From: Phyllobates terribilis
Lineage: Eukaryota
Length of the DNA: 64,000 nucleotides
Assembly: GCF_046119375.1 (NCBI RefSeq)
Contig: NW_027362763.1
Coordinates: forward strand, 149,296,001 to 149,360,000
Reading direction: 5' to 3'
In this document: positions 1 through 12,550 of the stretch, piece by piece
How positions within the stretch are numbered: the first letter of the stretch is position 1
How the letters are laid out: every line of letters begins with the position of its first letter
Translations under genes and position numbers: made by a program
The notes under the pieces: model-generated
Told to the model about the DNA's origin: nothing
Databases searched by the model: none
The model's input: the letters and a program-made list of their open reading frames with translations, nothing else

Positions 1-512
1 TTGAAATTAACAAGGTATAGCGCACACAGCAACAGCGGTGCCGTCTAACACGCAGCTGCAGCAGTGAGAAAATGGTGGCGACGGGGAAAATGGCTTGGTC
101 TTATAGGGCAAGGACATGTGACATACACTGCCAATCACACATGCCCTTGCTTGTGTGAAAAAAAGCAGTTCGCTCCGTGTGTGCGCTGCTGATAGGCTGA
201 CAGATTGCACCTCCCCACTGTAAATGCGGGAAAGAGAAAAAAAAATGGAGATCTTCATTGTTCCTGCAGAGATCCATCCCCTGCCCCTCCCCCCACCCCG
301 CTGTACACTCAAACTGCGTATTAACATTAATTTTCATCATTACTGAGAAAAAATCCAGTTATGATTTTGGTGCACGAACAGTTATCGAACATAACCTCGA
401 ACAGCCGAATTTTTCTCAAATTGTTCGTGTTCGCCGACCGGCTCGAACACCGCCCAAAACAGCTCGAATTTGAGATTGGCGAACAGTTCGAGTAGAACAA
501 CGCTCATCTCTA
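1..512 (-). mobile_element. 5' terminus of a hAT copy inserted into the transposase of hAT-A (rest lies left of the window)
   Basis: Ends in CGCTCATCTCTA at 512 (TIR TAGAGATGAGCG on the minus strand) with GTTCG-rich subterminal repeats. Near-identical to 5263-5774. Adjacent 513-520 (ATCTTTAT) interrupts the transposase at ...DRLTFIK and is the predicted 8-bp TSD. Confidence 0.85.
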
Positions 513-519
513 ATCTTTA

Positions 520-3500
520 TGAACGTCAGTCTGTCTACTTTTCAGTGGAGAGCCGCGTGCGCTTATCTGTCAGCACACCACCAGCAGCGCTGGCTGCGGG
601 GCATGACAAGATCTCCAAGGCGTAAGTGGCGAGCTTCGGCCATTTATCCAGATTGGAAGCCCAAAAAGAGCAAGGATCTAGTGACACAGTCATGGCTTCA
701 ATATTTACTTGGAGATACTCCTGAGCCATCGTCTCTAGGCGTTGACTGTGTGTCAGACTTCTTGTCTCCTGTGGCCTTCCAAAGGATGGGCTAAAAAGTG
801 GTGAAATGATTCCGAAAAAAATTGATGTTACCAGCAGATACTGTGTTTCTGTTACGGTTTGAGTGCTGAACACTCGACGGTCCCACGGTTGGCAAGTTGG
901 AACTGTGAAATTCACTACGTGCACCACTGGTGTTTTGTGGAAAAGCACATGTAAGATTCTGCAACAGTGTCTGCTGATACTTCTGCATGTGTGCATCCCT
1001 TTCTATGGCAGGAATAATTTCTGCAAATTTACTTTTGTATCGGGGATCTAACAGTGTGGCAACCCAGTAGTCAGGATTATTTCTAATTCTCACAATTCGA
1101 GGGTCATATTGCAGGTAGTGCAGCAAGAAGGCACTCATGTGTCTTGCGCATCCAGGAGCTCCAAGTCCCTGTTATGTTGGTGGCGAGGTAACAATCATGC
1201 TTCCTTCCTCTGTCCTCTCCCCCCAACCTCGCACAACAGAAATGTGATCAAGGTCTCCCTCATCTGATGAGTCTTCCATCAGTTCGTCCTCCACTTCTTC
1301 CTGGGCTCCTGCACCTTCCTCACTAGTTTGGCTGCTACCATGAGCCCTGGTAAAACCATCTCCCCCACCATCACATGCCTGCCGCCTTGGTGCTGCCGAG
1401 CGTCTGGACCTTGCAGATGTTAGCCCTTCCGCATACAACTCCTCCTTCTCTACTTCCTCCACCTCCTCTTGTGCCATCACCTGATTCCGAATTCTGTTTA
1501 ACATGTGCTCCAGCATGTAAATTACCGGAATAGTCATGCTGATAATGGCATCGTTAGCACTAAACATCTTCGTCACCATTTCAAAACTGTGCAGAAGGGT
1601 GCATAGGTCCCTGATCTGAGACCACTCCTCCAGCGTGATTTGCCCCACCTCTGGATCTCGTTGGCCCAGGCTATACGTCAGAACGTATTGCACCAGGGCT
1701 TGTCGGTGCTGCCACAGTCGCTGCAACATGTGCAGAGTTGAATTCCACCGGGTAGGCACATCTCATTTTAGCCGGTGAAGTGGCAGGCCCAACGACTTCT
1801 GTAGAGATGTAAGTCGCTGAGCTGCGGGATGCGAACGGCGGAAGTGAGCACACAGCGACCGTACCCTCTGCAGAAGGCCATCTAGTCCGGGATAGTGGGC
1901 TAAAAATTGCTGGACAACCAGGTTCAACACGTGAGCCATACAAGGCACGTGTGTGACATTGCCCCGGCGAAGGGCCGCACCCAGGTTTGCAGCATTGTCG
2001 CACACGGCCTTCCCTGGTTTCAGGTCCAGTGGAGACAACCATTCATGAAACTGGTTCTCCAGAGCTGACCACAACTCCTCAGCTGTGTGTCTCACATTTC
2101 CCAGACATTTCAAAGTAAAAACCGCCAGATGACGTTGAGCCCTGCGGGCCAGCTTAGTAAGGAGGTGTGCAGGATCCCTTCTGCGCAGTTAGAAAGCTTG
2201 TGGCATGACCAGACAGGCTTTGGGTGCAGGTGGAGGACCGAGAGGAGGTTGAAAAGGCAGAAGCAGTGGAGGAACTTTGAGATAAAGAGGATTGACGCAC
2301 AACTCATGGGGACGGCAAGACTTGGACAGCAGCCCCTTGTCCTGCTGTCACCATAGTTACCCAGTGACCAGTCAGCGACATGTAATGCCCCTGTCCATGC
2401 CTACTCATCCAAGTGTCTGTGGTGAAATGCACCCTGTCACACACAGAGTTTCTCAAAGAAGCAGTGATGTTGTGTGCGACATGCTGGTGGAACGCAGGCA
2501 CACCTTTCTTTGAGAAGTAGTGCCAACTGGGCATCTGGTACTGGGGCACTGCGACGGACATAAGGTTTCGAAAATCCTCTGTGTCCACCAGGCGGAAAGG
2601 CAGCATTTCTGTAGCCAAGAGCTTGCAGATGGTGAAATTCAACCTCTTAGCTTTCTCATGGCTAGGAGGAAATGGTCTTTTACTTGTCCACATCTGAGGG
2701 ACCGAGGGCTGGCTGTTGTGCTTAGACGGGGTTGAGAAGGGTGTCCCCGGCAAACTGCCGGTTTGTGAGGAAGATGCAGGCGGACATGTTAGGTTGCCTT
2801 GATCCAAAGGTGGTGCTATCGATGTCGGACAGCGCTCAACACTAGCTGGTGTTACCACCTCCAAAGAAAATGATGACCTGCCAATCACACTGGCTGTTGC
2901 GGGTAAAGAGGTGGCAGGTCTGCGTCCCAAAACAGGTGTGACTGCTGTCCCCCCAGTCACAGAGGATGAAGAGGCCGCGGATGCACAAGATGTGGCAGAC
3001 GGTGGTTGGCCCGGCCGGCTAGGCCGCATTGTAGCACAGTGAGCTTCCTACTGCAACTTATGCTTCATGTCCATGTGCAGGTTCATGCATGAAGTACTCA
3101 AACTATGTATTTTTGGCCTCTACTTAGCTTTTGCTGACAAATGTTACAGATAACACGAGTTGGGTCATCTTTATCGATCTGAAAAAATGCCCAGGCTATG
3201 CAAGGCTTAGCACCCATGCGACCTGAAGAGCCACCACAACTTGTTGTCAGAGGCAGAGTTGTGGTTGAGGATGCAGTTGTTGACGTGCTTCCAGTACTAC
3301 GTCTCTGTCCAGGAAGGCGCAACCTGACCTTGTCGTCACTAATATCCTCCTCCACCTGCTCTGCTGACCTCATCTCTTGGCTGACTGTGGGTTGACAGTA
3401 AGTGGGATCACCAACCTCATCATCATCACCCTGTGTGTTATCACACCCGTCGTCCTCAGAGCCAACCTGTTCCTGCCCTGACAAAAAACTAAAGTTTTCG

Positions 3501-4129
3501 CTCCAATCAGGTATTTGAGTCTCATCGTCTTCCTCATTGTCTCCACCAACAGGAGTTACAGTTTGGGAACAAGGGTCTACATTATGGTCAGAACCTTCTG
3601 CGTCTGGTCCTGGATCCGACTCATAAAGATTCTGGGCATCAGTGCAGATCATTTCCTCGTCTGGATTCACAGACACTCTGGAGCCGACCTCTGATTCTCA
3701 GGCTATAGTATGAGTAAACAGCTCTGCAGACTCAACCATCTGTTCTACCCCATACTCAGACGGGCAGCTGGAGACTTGGGAGCTGTGAGGAAGCAAGTGC
3801 GATTGGGGTGACACCTCTGAGGACTGGAGTATTTGTGATGTTGAAGTTGAGGTGGAGGAGAGCCCACTTAAAGGAGCACTTGATATCGGTTGAAGCACCT
3901 GCTGTTTTTGTGCCTCATCTGGAATTTGTAGCGATTGGCGTGGCCGTAAGAAAGGGATCTTATCACATTGTCTGCTAAAAGAAGTAGACATTTTAGTTTG
4001 GCTGGAAAATGGTCTTTCTTCTGCAGATGTTACTGTTGCTTTAACACCTACCCCACGGACACAACCTTTTTTCCCCTTCCCAACATGCCTATTCCCCATT
4101 CCACCAGCAGCAGGCCTTTTTCCACTCAT
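520..4129 (-). pseudogene. hAT transposase pseudogene (BED zinc finger, DDE core, dimerisation domain), frameshifted
   Basis: Motifs across ORF pieces: WAFFQ..CNIC (BED), HFTTDTW, VCDNAAN, HVPCMAHVLNLVVQ (CxxH), PTRWNST, LDPRYK, CPAAS..AAGGVLTDKRTRLS. Several frameshifts and deletions. Confidence 0.92.
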
Positions 4130-4239
4130 TTTGGTGGTTAACTAATTCACAACTCTGGAGTTGTTTGCACAAAAAAACAATGGATGGGAACCGAGCAGAG
4201 CTGAGTGGCCAAACTGTGGTATTAGGCCAAAACTATTGG

Positions 4240-4860
4240 CTGGGTTAGATGCAGATAAAAATTATATTGAATTTGCAACCTGATGGAGGTTCGTGTAGAT
4301 GGACTAATAGAACAAGTCACACACACTGCTAGAAGCCTAAATATTTTTTCAGAGCTAGATGCAGAAAAAATTATATTGAATTTGCAACCTGATGGAGGTT
4401 AGTATAGATGGACTAATAGAACAAGTCCCACAGACTGCTACAAGCTGAAATATTTTTTCAGAGCTAGATGCAGAAAAAAATTAGATTGAATTTGCAACCT
4501 GATGGAGGTTAGTATAGATGGTCTAATAGAACAAGTCCCACACACTGCTAGAAGCCTAAATATTTTTTCAGAGCTAGATGCATAAAAAAATTATATTGAA
4601 TTTTCAACGTGATGGAGGTCAGTATAGATGGACTAATAGAACAAGTCCCACACACTACTTGAAGCCTAAATATTTTTTCAGAGCTAGATGCATAAAAAAA
4701 TTATATTGAATTTGCAACCAGATGGAGGTTAGTATAGATGGACTAATAGAACAAGTCCCACACACTGCTAGAAGCCTAAATATTTTTCAGAGCTCGATGC
4801 AGAAAAAAAATCTATTGAATTTGCATCCTGGTGGAGGTCAGTATAGATGGACTAATAGAA
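4240..4860. repeat. Tandem repeat, about 110-bp unit x about 5.5, in the 5' region of hAT-A
   Basis: GAGCTAGATGC recurs at 4352, 4461, 4571, 4681 and (as GAGCTCGATGC) 4790. Confidence 0.95.
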
Positions 4861-6222
4861 TGATGCTATGCCCAAAAGGTTTTACTTCACTAGGTGCAGT
4901 AAAAAAATTTGTATTCTATACACAGGTGGTGTAGCTTGCAACATAGATAGGCTACTCCACTGACTAACACACACTGCAAGAGGACAAAAAGGATTTGCTT
5001 TGCTAGATTTAGCAAAATGCTGTGAAAAAAACTTGCACAGCACTGGCACAGACCTGCCTGGCAAAAAGTGATAGGAACTGATGTAACCTAGCCCTGAAAA
5101 GGACTGCAATTACAATTAGTCTTTACTCCCAACCTATCTATTTAAGAGCACAGACCTGGCTGATAAAAGTCGTATGAAATGATGTAACCTAGTCCTTAAA
5201 AGGACTGCAATCACAACTATTCCCTACTCCCAAACTATCTGTAGATTTGTGCGAAAATTGGCTTGAAATTAACAAAGTATAGTGCACACAGCAACAGCGG
5301 TGCCGTCTAACACGCAGCTGCAGCAGTGAGAAAATGGCGGCGACGGGGAAAATGGCTGGGTCTTATAGGGCAAGGACATGTGACATACACTGCCAATGAC
5401 ACATGCCCTTGCTTGTGTGAAAAAAAGCAGTTCGCTCCGTGTGTGCGCTGCTGATAGGCTGACAGATTGCACCTCCCCACTGTAAATGCGGGAAAGAGAA
5501 AAAAAAATGGAGATCTTCATCATTTATGCAGAGATCCTTCCCCTGCCCCTCCCCCCGCTTCGCTGTACACTCAAACTGCGTATTAACATTAATTTTCATC
5601 ATTACTGAGAAAAAATCCAGTTATGATTTTGGTGCACGAACTGTTATCGAACATAACCTCGAACAGCCGAATTTTTTTCAAATCGTTCGTGTTCGCCGAA
5701 CGGCTCGAACACCGCCCAAAACAGCTCGAATTTGAGATTGGCGAACAGTTCGAGTCGAACACCGCTCATCTCTAGTAATCACTGATTACACATTGACAAA
5801 AATAAATATAATACGTCAAAAATTACTAATCAGATAGTGGAATATTCATAATGGATATTTTAGTTTTTAGGTTCACATGGAAAAATCCATCTCTCCTATT
5901 TGCTTCCACCTTTGCTTTCACATATTCTACCACATATTGAGGATTTGATAGGTTCAAATTCTTTTAAAAAACAATATTTCCTGACCATCCTTAGAAAGAC
6001 ATACTTTAGAATAGTTTCAATATTTGGTGTTCTTCTGTGTTCTCTTTATTCTTACCTAGAAAAGGTCTGACATATGAAGTCCAGGATAAAAATCCATGAC
6101 AAGATGTTTTGCTTGACAATTACTTGTCCTAATGTCCCTTTACATGAATTGATCATTTTCAATGATGACCCATTAAAACATACCATGAGCAAGTTGTCAC
6201 TCATCAGCAGATGGGATCTTAT

Positions 6223-7961
6223 TGTTAGAACCTTGCTGTTAGGTTTTTTTTCCTTTGCTGGTCACATGACCTTGTTGGCCTATTTAATCCTGCTCCGCCC
6301 TTCTGGCTTTGCTGGACTTCATTGTATATCTACTTTCTAGCTAGCCTGTGCTCTGTATCTAACTCTGTTAGTTTTCTTGGTCTACGGACCTCTAGGTTCT
6401 ATCTATTTTGTTTGTTCGTCTGTCTGCTACTATTTCTGTTAGGAGGTGTCCCATATTCCTCCCAGTCCTTAGTACTTGTAGGGATTCCCTCCCCAAATCT
6501 ATAGGTCTCCGTACAGACTAGATTAGGACTTTAGCAGGTCTGATCGCAGGATCAGGTTCCCTGTTACATCGTAGGGATTCAGCTGAGTCTTATAGTAGGG
6601 ACAGATCTCCTCTCTTTCCTTAGCTTTGGTAGCAGAACATAACAGTGTCGGCTTCTCACTTTTTGGATTTTGGAGGGGCATGGCATGCCTATATTTGTGT
6701 CTCCCCCTCCTTTTACTCCTCCACCTCTTTTCTTTTCGCATGACTGTGTGTACTTGTCACTTTTCCATGTGTTAGTTGTGTCTTCTGAGCAGTTCTTGCG
6801 TTGTTTTGTGGCAGACAATCAAGAGGGGTGGTCTGAGTTTCTGCCACTTGCCGAATTTGCTCTGAACAATCATACATCTTCTTCTGCTGGTTGTTCGCCT
6901 TTTTTTTGTTGTTCTGGGAGACATCCGTCGTTTGGGTCGTTCTCCAAGTTGGGATCTGCCGTGCCTGAGGAGGAGAATTTTTCCGGTGATTTGGAAAGAG
7001 TTTGGACGGATGTGCGTGGTAATCTTCAGGAGGCCAACAGAAAATCTAAAGACTACTTTGATAGGAAACGACAGGAGGTTTTGTTCGCTGTTGGTGACAT
7101 GGTTTGGTTGTCCTCTAGGAATCTGCGGTTGAGGATTCCTTCTAAGAAATTGGGTCCCAAGTTTGTAGGGCCCTTTAAGGTGCTTCAGGTTGTCAACCAA
7201 TCTGCTGTTAGGTTGGAGGTTCCTACCTCCTGGAGAATTAATCCGGTCTTTCATGTCTCTCTGTTAAAAAAAGCTGTTGTGTCGGATGGTGACGCCTCTG
7301 CCTCTGTTCCTCCGGTGGTGGAGGACGGGGAATATGAAATTTCTCGCATCCTTGACTCTAGACGGTATAGAGGTAGTTTGCAGTATCTTGTGGCCTGGAA
7401 AGGTTTCGGACCCGAGGATAACTCTTGGGTGAGGTCAGATGATGTTTCCGCGTCCAGACTTATCAGAGCGTTTCACAGGAGATTTCCTGATAAGCCTGGT
7501 CCTAGGGGATCCGGAGGATCCTCTTAGAAGGGGGGGTACTGTTAGAACCTTGCTGTTAGGTTTTTTTTCCTTTGCTGGTCACATGACCTTGTTGGCCTAT
7601 TTAATCCTGCTCCGCCCTTCTGGCTTTGCTGGACTTCATTGTATATCTACTTTCTAGCTAGCCTGTGCTCTGTATCTAACTCTGTTAGTTTGCTTGGTCT
7701 ACGGACCTCTAGGTTCTATCTATTTTGTTTGTTCGTCTGTCTGCTACTATTTCTGTTAGGAGGTGTCCCATATTCCTCCCAGTCCTTAGTACTTGTAGGG
7801 ATTCCCTCCCCAAATCTATAGGTCTCCGTACAGACTAGATTAGGACTTTAGCAGGTCTGATCGCAGGATCAGGTTCCCTGTTACATCGTAGGGATTCAGC
7901 TGAGTCTTATAGTAGGGACAGATCTCCTCTCTTTCCTTAGCTTTGGTAGCAGAACATAACA
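6223..7961 (+). mobile_element. Non-autonomous mini LTR retrotransposon (chromovirus deletion derivative, TRIM-like)
   Basis: 422-bp LTRs at 6223-6644 and 7540-7961 (TGTTA...TAACA) with one visible mismatch. Perfect 5-bp TSD CTTAT (6218-6222, 7962-7966). PPT AGAAGGGGGGG before the 3' LTR. Internal region only 895 bp. Confidence 0.97.
6685..7527 (+). CDS. 280-aa ORF: novel leader + integrase C-terminal part (post-DDE, GPF motif) + chromodomain
   Basis: In-frame ATG at 6685, no internal stops. EQFLRCFV, LPLAEFALNN, PKFVGPFKV, FHVSLLK, YEISRILDSR..YLVAWKGFGPEDNSW. Confidence 0.75.
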   Translation: MPIFVSPPPFTPPPLFFSHDCVYLSLFHVLVVSSEQFLRCFVADNQEGWSEFLPLAEFALNNHTSSSAGCSPFFCCSGRHPSFGSFSKLGSAVPEEENFSGDLERVWTDVRGNLQEANRKSKDYFDRKRQEVLFAVGDMVWLSSRNLRLRIPSKKLGPKFVGPFKVLQVVNQSAVRLEVPTSWRINPVFHVSLLKKAVVSDGDASASVPPVVEDGEYEISRILDSRRYRGSLQYLVAWKGFGPEDNSWVRSDDVSASRLIRAFHRRFPDKPGPRGSGGSS

Positions 7962-8059
7962 CTTATCTAGCCCTAAAATCATTGTTGACAGTAAAATATT
8001 GTAAATCAATCATACTGTTAATTATTACTTGGTTCTCACACAGTTTTCATTGTGCTGTG

Positions 8060-8660
8060 TAAAGGTCTCACTAACCTATTTTCTCTCATTCGAAAAAATT
8101 GGTCCGATTATGCTAATCACACTCCGATCTCAGTTTGACCAGAGTGTGATCATAGTGTGTTTCGATTTTCTCAGATGAGGAGAAGATGATAAAAAAATTT
8201 CTCCATCTCCTCCATTGTGCCATCCGAGTGCAGTCCAATGTTTTCCAAGGACTTATTGACTTGCATGGCCGAGTGCGATCCTAATATCGGATGTGAAATA
8301 TGAAAATCGGTGCATGCTGCTATTTTTGTCTCATCTTCTTAAAGGTAGGGTCACACAACCGTTTTTTCTCCTTACCTGAGAAAATCTATGCTAAGCAAAC
8401 TCTGATCAGACTTTGGTTAAAATTAAATTTGAGTATGATCATAGTTTAATCCAATTTTTACGGATGATGAGAAGATGGAAAATAAAAATCTCTCCATCTT
8501 CTCCATTCTGTCAGTCGATTAAAATAGATTTTTTTTCATAGACTCATTGACTTGCATGGCTGGGTGCAATCCGAATATTGAATGCAAATCGTGCATCCAG
8601 AAATTTTCTTTCTCAGACAGACTCTGTTCAAGGAAAAATTCTGACATGTACACAGCCCTA
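8060..8660. mobile_element. Two adjacent diverged copies (about 290 bp each) of a MITE-like repeat
   Basis: 8075-8330 and 8360-8600 share blocks (GATCATAGT, GAGAAGATG..CTCCATCT.CTCCATT, ATTGACTTGCATGGC). Termini are degenerate. Confidence 0.5.
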
Positions 8661-9341
8661 TAGAATAACAGCCCCAGTGCAATCCGATGTTTTGTCGAAT
8701 GGCACTTGGACCAAAAATATGGTCATCTGCACGATCGTTAAAAGGACCTTAAACAATTCCAAACGACTTCTTATATCGTTGATCAATGCTCTTTGTGGGA
8801 AAATATCTGCCCCTGTAGACACACTCTTAGAATATTTGAGAAATGAGGCAGATGAAGTTAGAACCAAAATCCTTGAATATTATGAAATATTATGTTTTAT
8901 CTACATTTCACAGAATTGGTGCAGCACAAGAGAATACTCATTGACAGTAGTTATTGTAAAGAAGAGTTGAGTTTGACCTGACTAGAATATGGGCATTTGA
9001 AGCTGTAGTGGTTATCAAATGTTCTGTTCAACTAAAATAGTTTTTTTAAATCAATAATAATTATTGCTCTAACTGGATTCAGAAGAAGCTACCACATATC
9101 TGCAGTCTGACCTGGATTTTTTATAAGTTTTCCACAAGAAGATTTTTGTTAGGTTGATCAGCCCTTTTTTCAAATAGGGACACCAGGCTGAAATATGGAA
9201 ATCTACGAGACTAAGCCCAGTGGCCGTTGTGACGATTGCAAGATTTCTATCTTTTTTTTAAACAGGTTGTGCTATGAAAAAAACTATGAATATTAAAAAA
9301 TCAATAAATACATTTAACATAAAACTCTGATTTAAACAGTA

Positions 9342-11057
9342 CCGTATTTTTCGGACTATAAGACGTACCGGACCATAAGACGCATCTAGGTTTTAGAAGA
9401 GGAAAATAGGGAAAAAAAATATTTAAGCAAAAAATGTGGTCATGATGACCTGTTATGGGGGAGGGGGTCTACTGCTGACACTGGTATTGGGGTAATGTCC
9501 CCCAATTCTGTTAATATCCTCCATCCTGGTATGTATGGCCTCTCCTTCCTGGTATACATAGCCCTCATCCCATCTTGGTATATGTGGCCCTCATCCCCAT
9601 CCTGGAATGCATGGCACCCCTTGATTCCCCATCCTGGTATTCATGGCACTCCTTTGATCACCCATCCTGGTATGCATGGCACTCCTAATCCCCCATTCTG
9701 GTATGTATGGCACCCCTTGAGCACCGATCCAGGTATGCATGGCACCCCTTAATCACACATCATGGTATGTATGGCCCCCCTCATCCCCATCCTTGTATGC
9801 ATGGCACCCCTTGATTCCCCCATCCTGATATCCATGGCACCCCTTGATACCCCATCAAGGTATGCATGGCACCCCCCTGATCCCCATCCTGGTATGCATT
9901 GCACCCCTTGATCACCCATCCTGGTATGTATGGCACCCCTTGAGCCCCCATCCTGGTATGCATGGCACCCCTTGAGCCCCCATCCTGGTATGCTTGGCAA
10001 CCCTTGAGCCCCCATCCTGGTATGCATGGCACCCCTTGAGCCCCCATCCTGGTATGCATGGCATGCCTTTATCCCCCATCCTGGTATTCATGGCACCCCT
10101 TGATTCCCCCATCCTGGTATTAATGGCACCTCTTGAGCCCCCATCCTGGTATTCTTGGCACCCCTTGAGCCCCCATCCTGATATGCTTGGCACCCATTGA
10201 GTCCCCATCCTGGTATGCATTGCACCCCTTGATCACCCATCCTGGTATGCATGGCACCCCTTGAGCCCCCATCCTAGTAGGCTTGGCACCCCTTGAGCCC
10301 CCATCCTGGTATGCTTGGAACCCCTTGAGCCCCCATTCTGGTATGCTTAGCACCCCTTGAGCCCCCATCCTGGTATGCTTGGCACCCCTTGAGCCCCCAT
10401 CCTGGTATGCTTGGCACCCCTTGAGCCCCCATGCTGGTATGCTTGGCACCCCTTGAACCCCCATCCTGCTGCCCACAAAAAAATAAACAATCATACTCCC
10501 CTCCTCTCTCCTCCAGCGCTGTCCCGCTCTGCTGCTGACACTCTCACTGTGTGAGCCACGCATGGCAGGGCGTGCATGGTGTCCCTGCCATGCGCCCTCA
10601 CACAGTATGAGAGCGCGCACACTGTACCGCAGGGAGACTGCTGCTGCCGCTCTGCGGTCAGTGTGCCTGCTGTTAAAGACCCTGGATATTCACTACAACC
10701 CATGGGAGTGGGTTGTAGGGAATATTCATGAGCTTTAATAGCGGACACACAGACCGCAGAGCGCAGCAGGTACAGTGTGCCGGCTATTAAGGAAAATGAA
10801 TATTACCTGCTGCCCACGTCCATGGGCGTGGGCAGCAGGGAATATTGATTTTCTTTAGTAGCAGGCACAACGCAGGCTGCAGCAGTCGGCTGCTGCCTCC
10901 TGTGCCCCGCTGATCTCCCCTGCTGCTCCCCCAGACCTCTTACCACGCAGAGCCACATATATACAGGGAGATAGTATTCGGACTATAAGACGCACCCCCC
11001 CACTTTCCTCCAAAATTTTGGAGGAAAAAAGTGCGTCTTATAGTCCGAAAAATACGG
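9342..11057. mobile_element. Tc2/pogo-like non-autonomous element (MITE) with TA TSD
   Basis: TIR CCGTATTTTTCGGACTATAAGACG at both ends, flanked by TA. Repeated GACTATAAGACG subterminal boxes. No transposase. Confidence 0.92.
9520..10470. repeat. Minisatellite, about 32-bp unit (GAGCCCCCATCCTGGTATGCTTGGCACCCCTT), about 30 copies
   Basis: Directly visible array inside the Tc2-like MITE. It explains the repetitive ORFs at 9495-10620. Confidence 0.97.
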
Positions 11058-11350
11058 TAGGTCAATTTTTGATCACAAGTTCTCTCTAAAGGAATCTGCC
11101 ATCCCCAAGATTCTAACTAAACCACTTTTACAAGTATTTGGGGAAATGAGCCCTGATAAAAATCATATTGGTAGTATCACTTTTAGGAGTTTAGTTGCCA
11201 CAAAAATGATTAATTTCATGTGCAAATGAGGGGCTTCAGTACATCATTACGCCCCACCTAAATTTGCATATTGATCACTATCCTATCTTGATTGACATTG
11301 CTCAAGCGAGCGCTGCCTGATCTCAAACATTCGCTGTGTACGGACACTGC

Positions 11351-12550
11351 TGTTATGTTCACGCTCGGACTGTTAAGCACGAGCGGGTATTGTGGTCCTA
11401 CTGTGCTGTGGACCGAGGAGAACCTAGAGGGGCATGACTAGGTGCCACACCAAGACTGACTTCAGATGCATGCAGACCCTCAAGGGGGTATATAGACTGG
11501 CACGACTGATTCACAGCCAGGTGGATACAGGCCGTTCTATAGGAACAGGTAGGACCCAGTTCAGGCTGGACAGACAGGAATGTCTTCAGGGAGAACTGGG
11601 TCTCTGGCAAGGGGGTACTTGACCACCAGTTCGGACAGGCAGGGAACCACAGTTGCGGACAGGCAGGGAACTGCAGGTGTGGATAGAAAGGGAACCGCTA
11701 GTGCGGACAGTCAGGGAGCCACCAGTTTGGACAGGCAGGGAACCGCCGATGCGGACAGGATTAACAGGAGCAGGTTCACACAGGACAAACATAAGGACAG
11801 GTACACACAAGACAGACAGAGCCAGATTCACACAATGTACTTACAATGAAGTAGCAAGTGTACACGCAAACGACTAATGTTACACAGAGGCAACAGATTG
11901 TAGAAAGGTACTGGTTCAAACACTGGAAGTTTTAGAGATAGGTACTGGTTTAGACACTGCAGGCTTTAGAGAAAGGTACAGATTCAGACACAGGGAATTT
12001 AGGAAAAGATCCAGAATTAGATACAAACAGGTTCAGGGACTGGACTCAATTCATATAAGAACAGACACAGGTACAGGTTCAGGGTTCAGGCCTGGGTATT
12101 CAGCCCACAAGGTGGCAGACTCAGACTAGATCAGACACAGGTGCAGATTCAGGGTTCAGGCCTGGGCGTACAGACCCAGGGAAACAGGTACAGGACAGAA
12201 ACAAGATAGGACCTGGCAACTCAGTAGTTGCACAAGCACACTGAAAGAGAATGTTGCTCAGGGACCTCCCAACAGGTGGAGGTACCTTAAGTACCAAGTG
12301 CCTCCCAGCAATAGGATGGGGACACATTAGGAATGTGCGCACTGTTTCTTTAAGAATCTGGAAGTGGATGTGTGGGCACCCTATGCATGCAGCCAGGAAA
12401 CATGCACAGCAAGCAGAGGACAAGTAGTACACTGTACACAGCGAGCAGAGGACAAGGAACACACTGCATGACCTGGGGTGGTGCGTAAGTCTGTGTCCCT
12501 GCATGGTTGGGGCTGGGAAGCTACACACGGACACAAGCAGTGGTGTTACC
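11351..12550. mobile_element. Solo LTR (gypsy-type), about 1.2 kb
   Basis: Starts TGTTA and ends GTGTTACC (mutated ACA). 5-bp TSD ACTGC (11346-11350, 12551-12555). GAGGGGCATGACTA motif shared with the chromovirus LTR; internal about 27-bp repeats. Confidence 0.65.

Larger units (their letters stand above)
513..5774 (-). mobile_element. hAT (Ac-like, BED-finger) DNA transposon hAT-A, 3' end outside the window
   Basis: TIR ...CGCTCATCTCTA ends at 5774, followed by putative TSD GTAATCAC. Transposase remnants lie on the minus strand, with a subterminal tandem array. Confidence 0.9.

Noticed and set aside
6056-6222. Possible 167-nt minus-strand exon ending at AG|GTAAG, abutting the mini-LTR insertion
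   Set aside because: Poor polypyrimidine tract, unrecognised peptide and no partner exons.
8578-8970. 130-codon plus-strand ORF with an antiparallel open frame
   Set aside because: Starts inside a MITE, no recognisable motif; an ORF of this length is not far from chance expectation over this much sequence.
9495-10620. Multiple repetitive ORFs on both strands
   Set aside because: Artefacts of the 32-bp minisatellite; no domain content.
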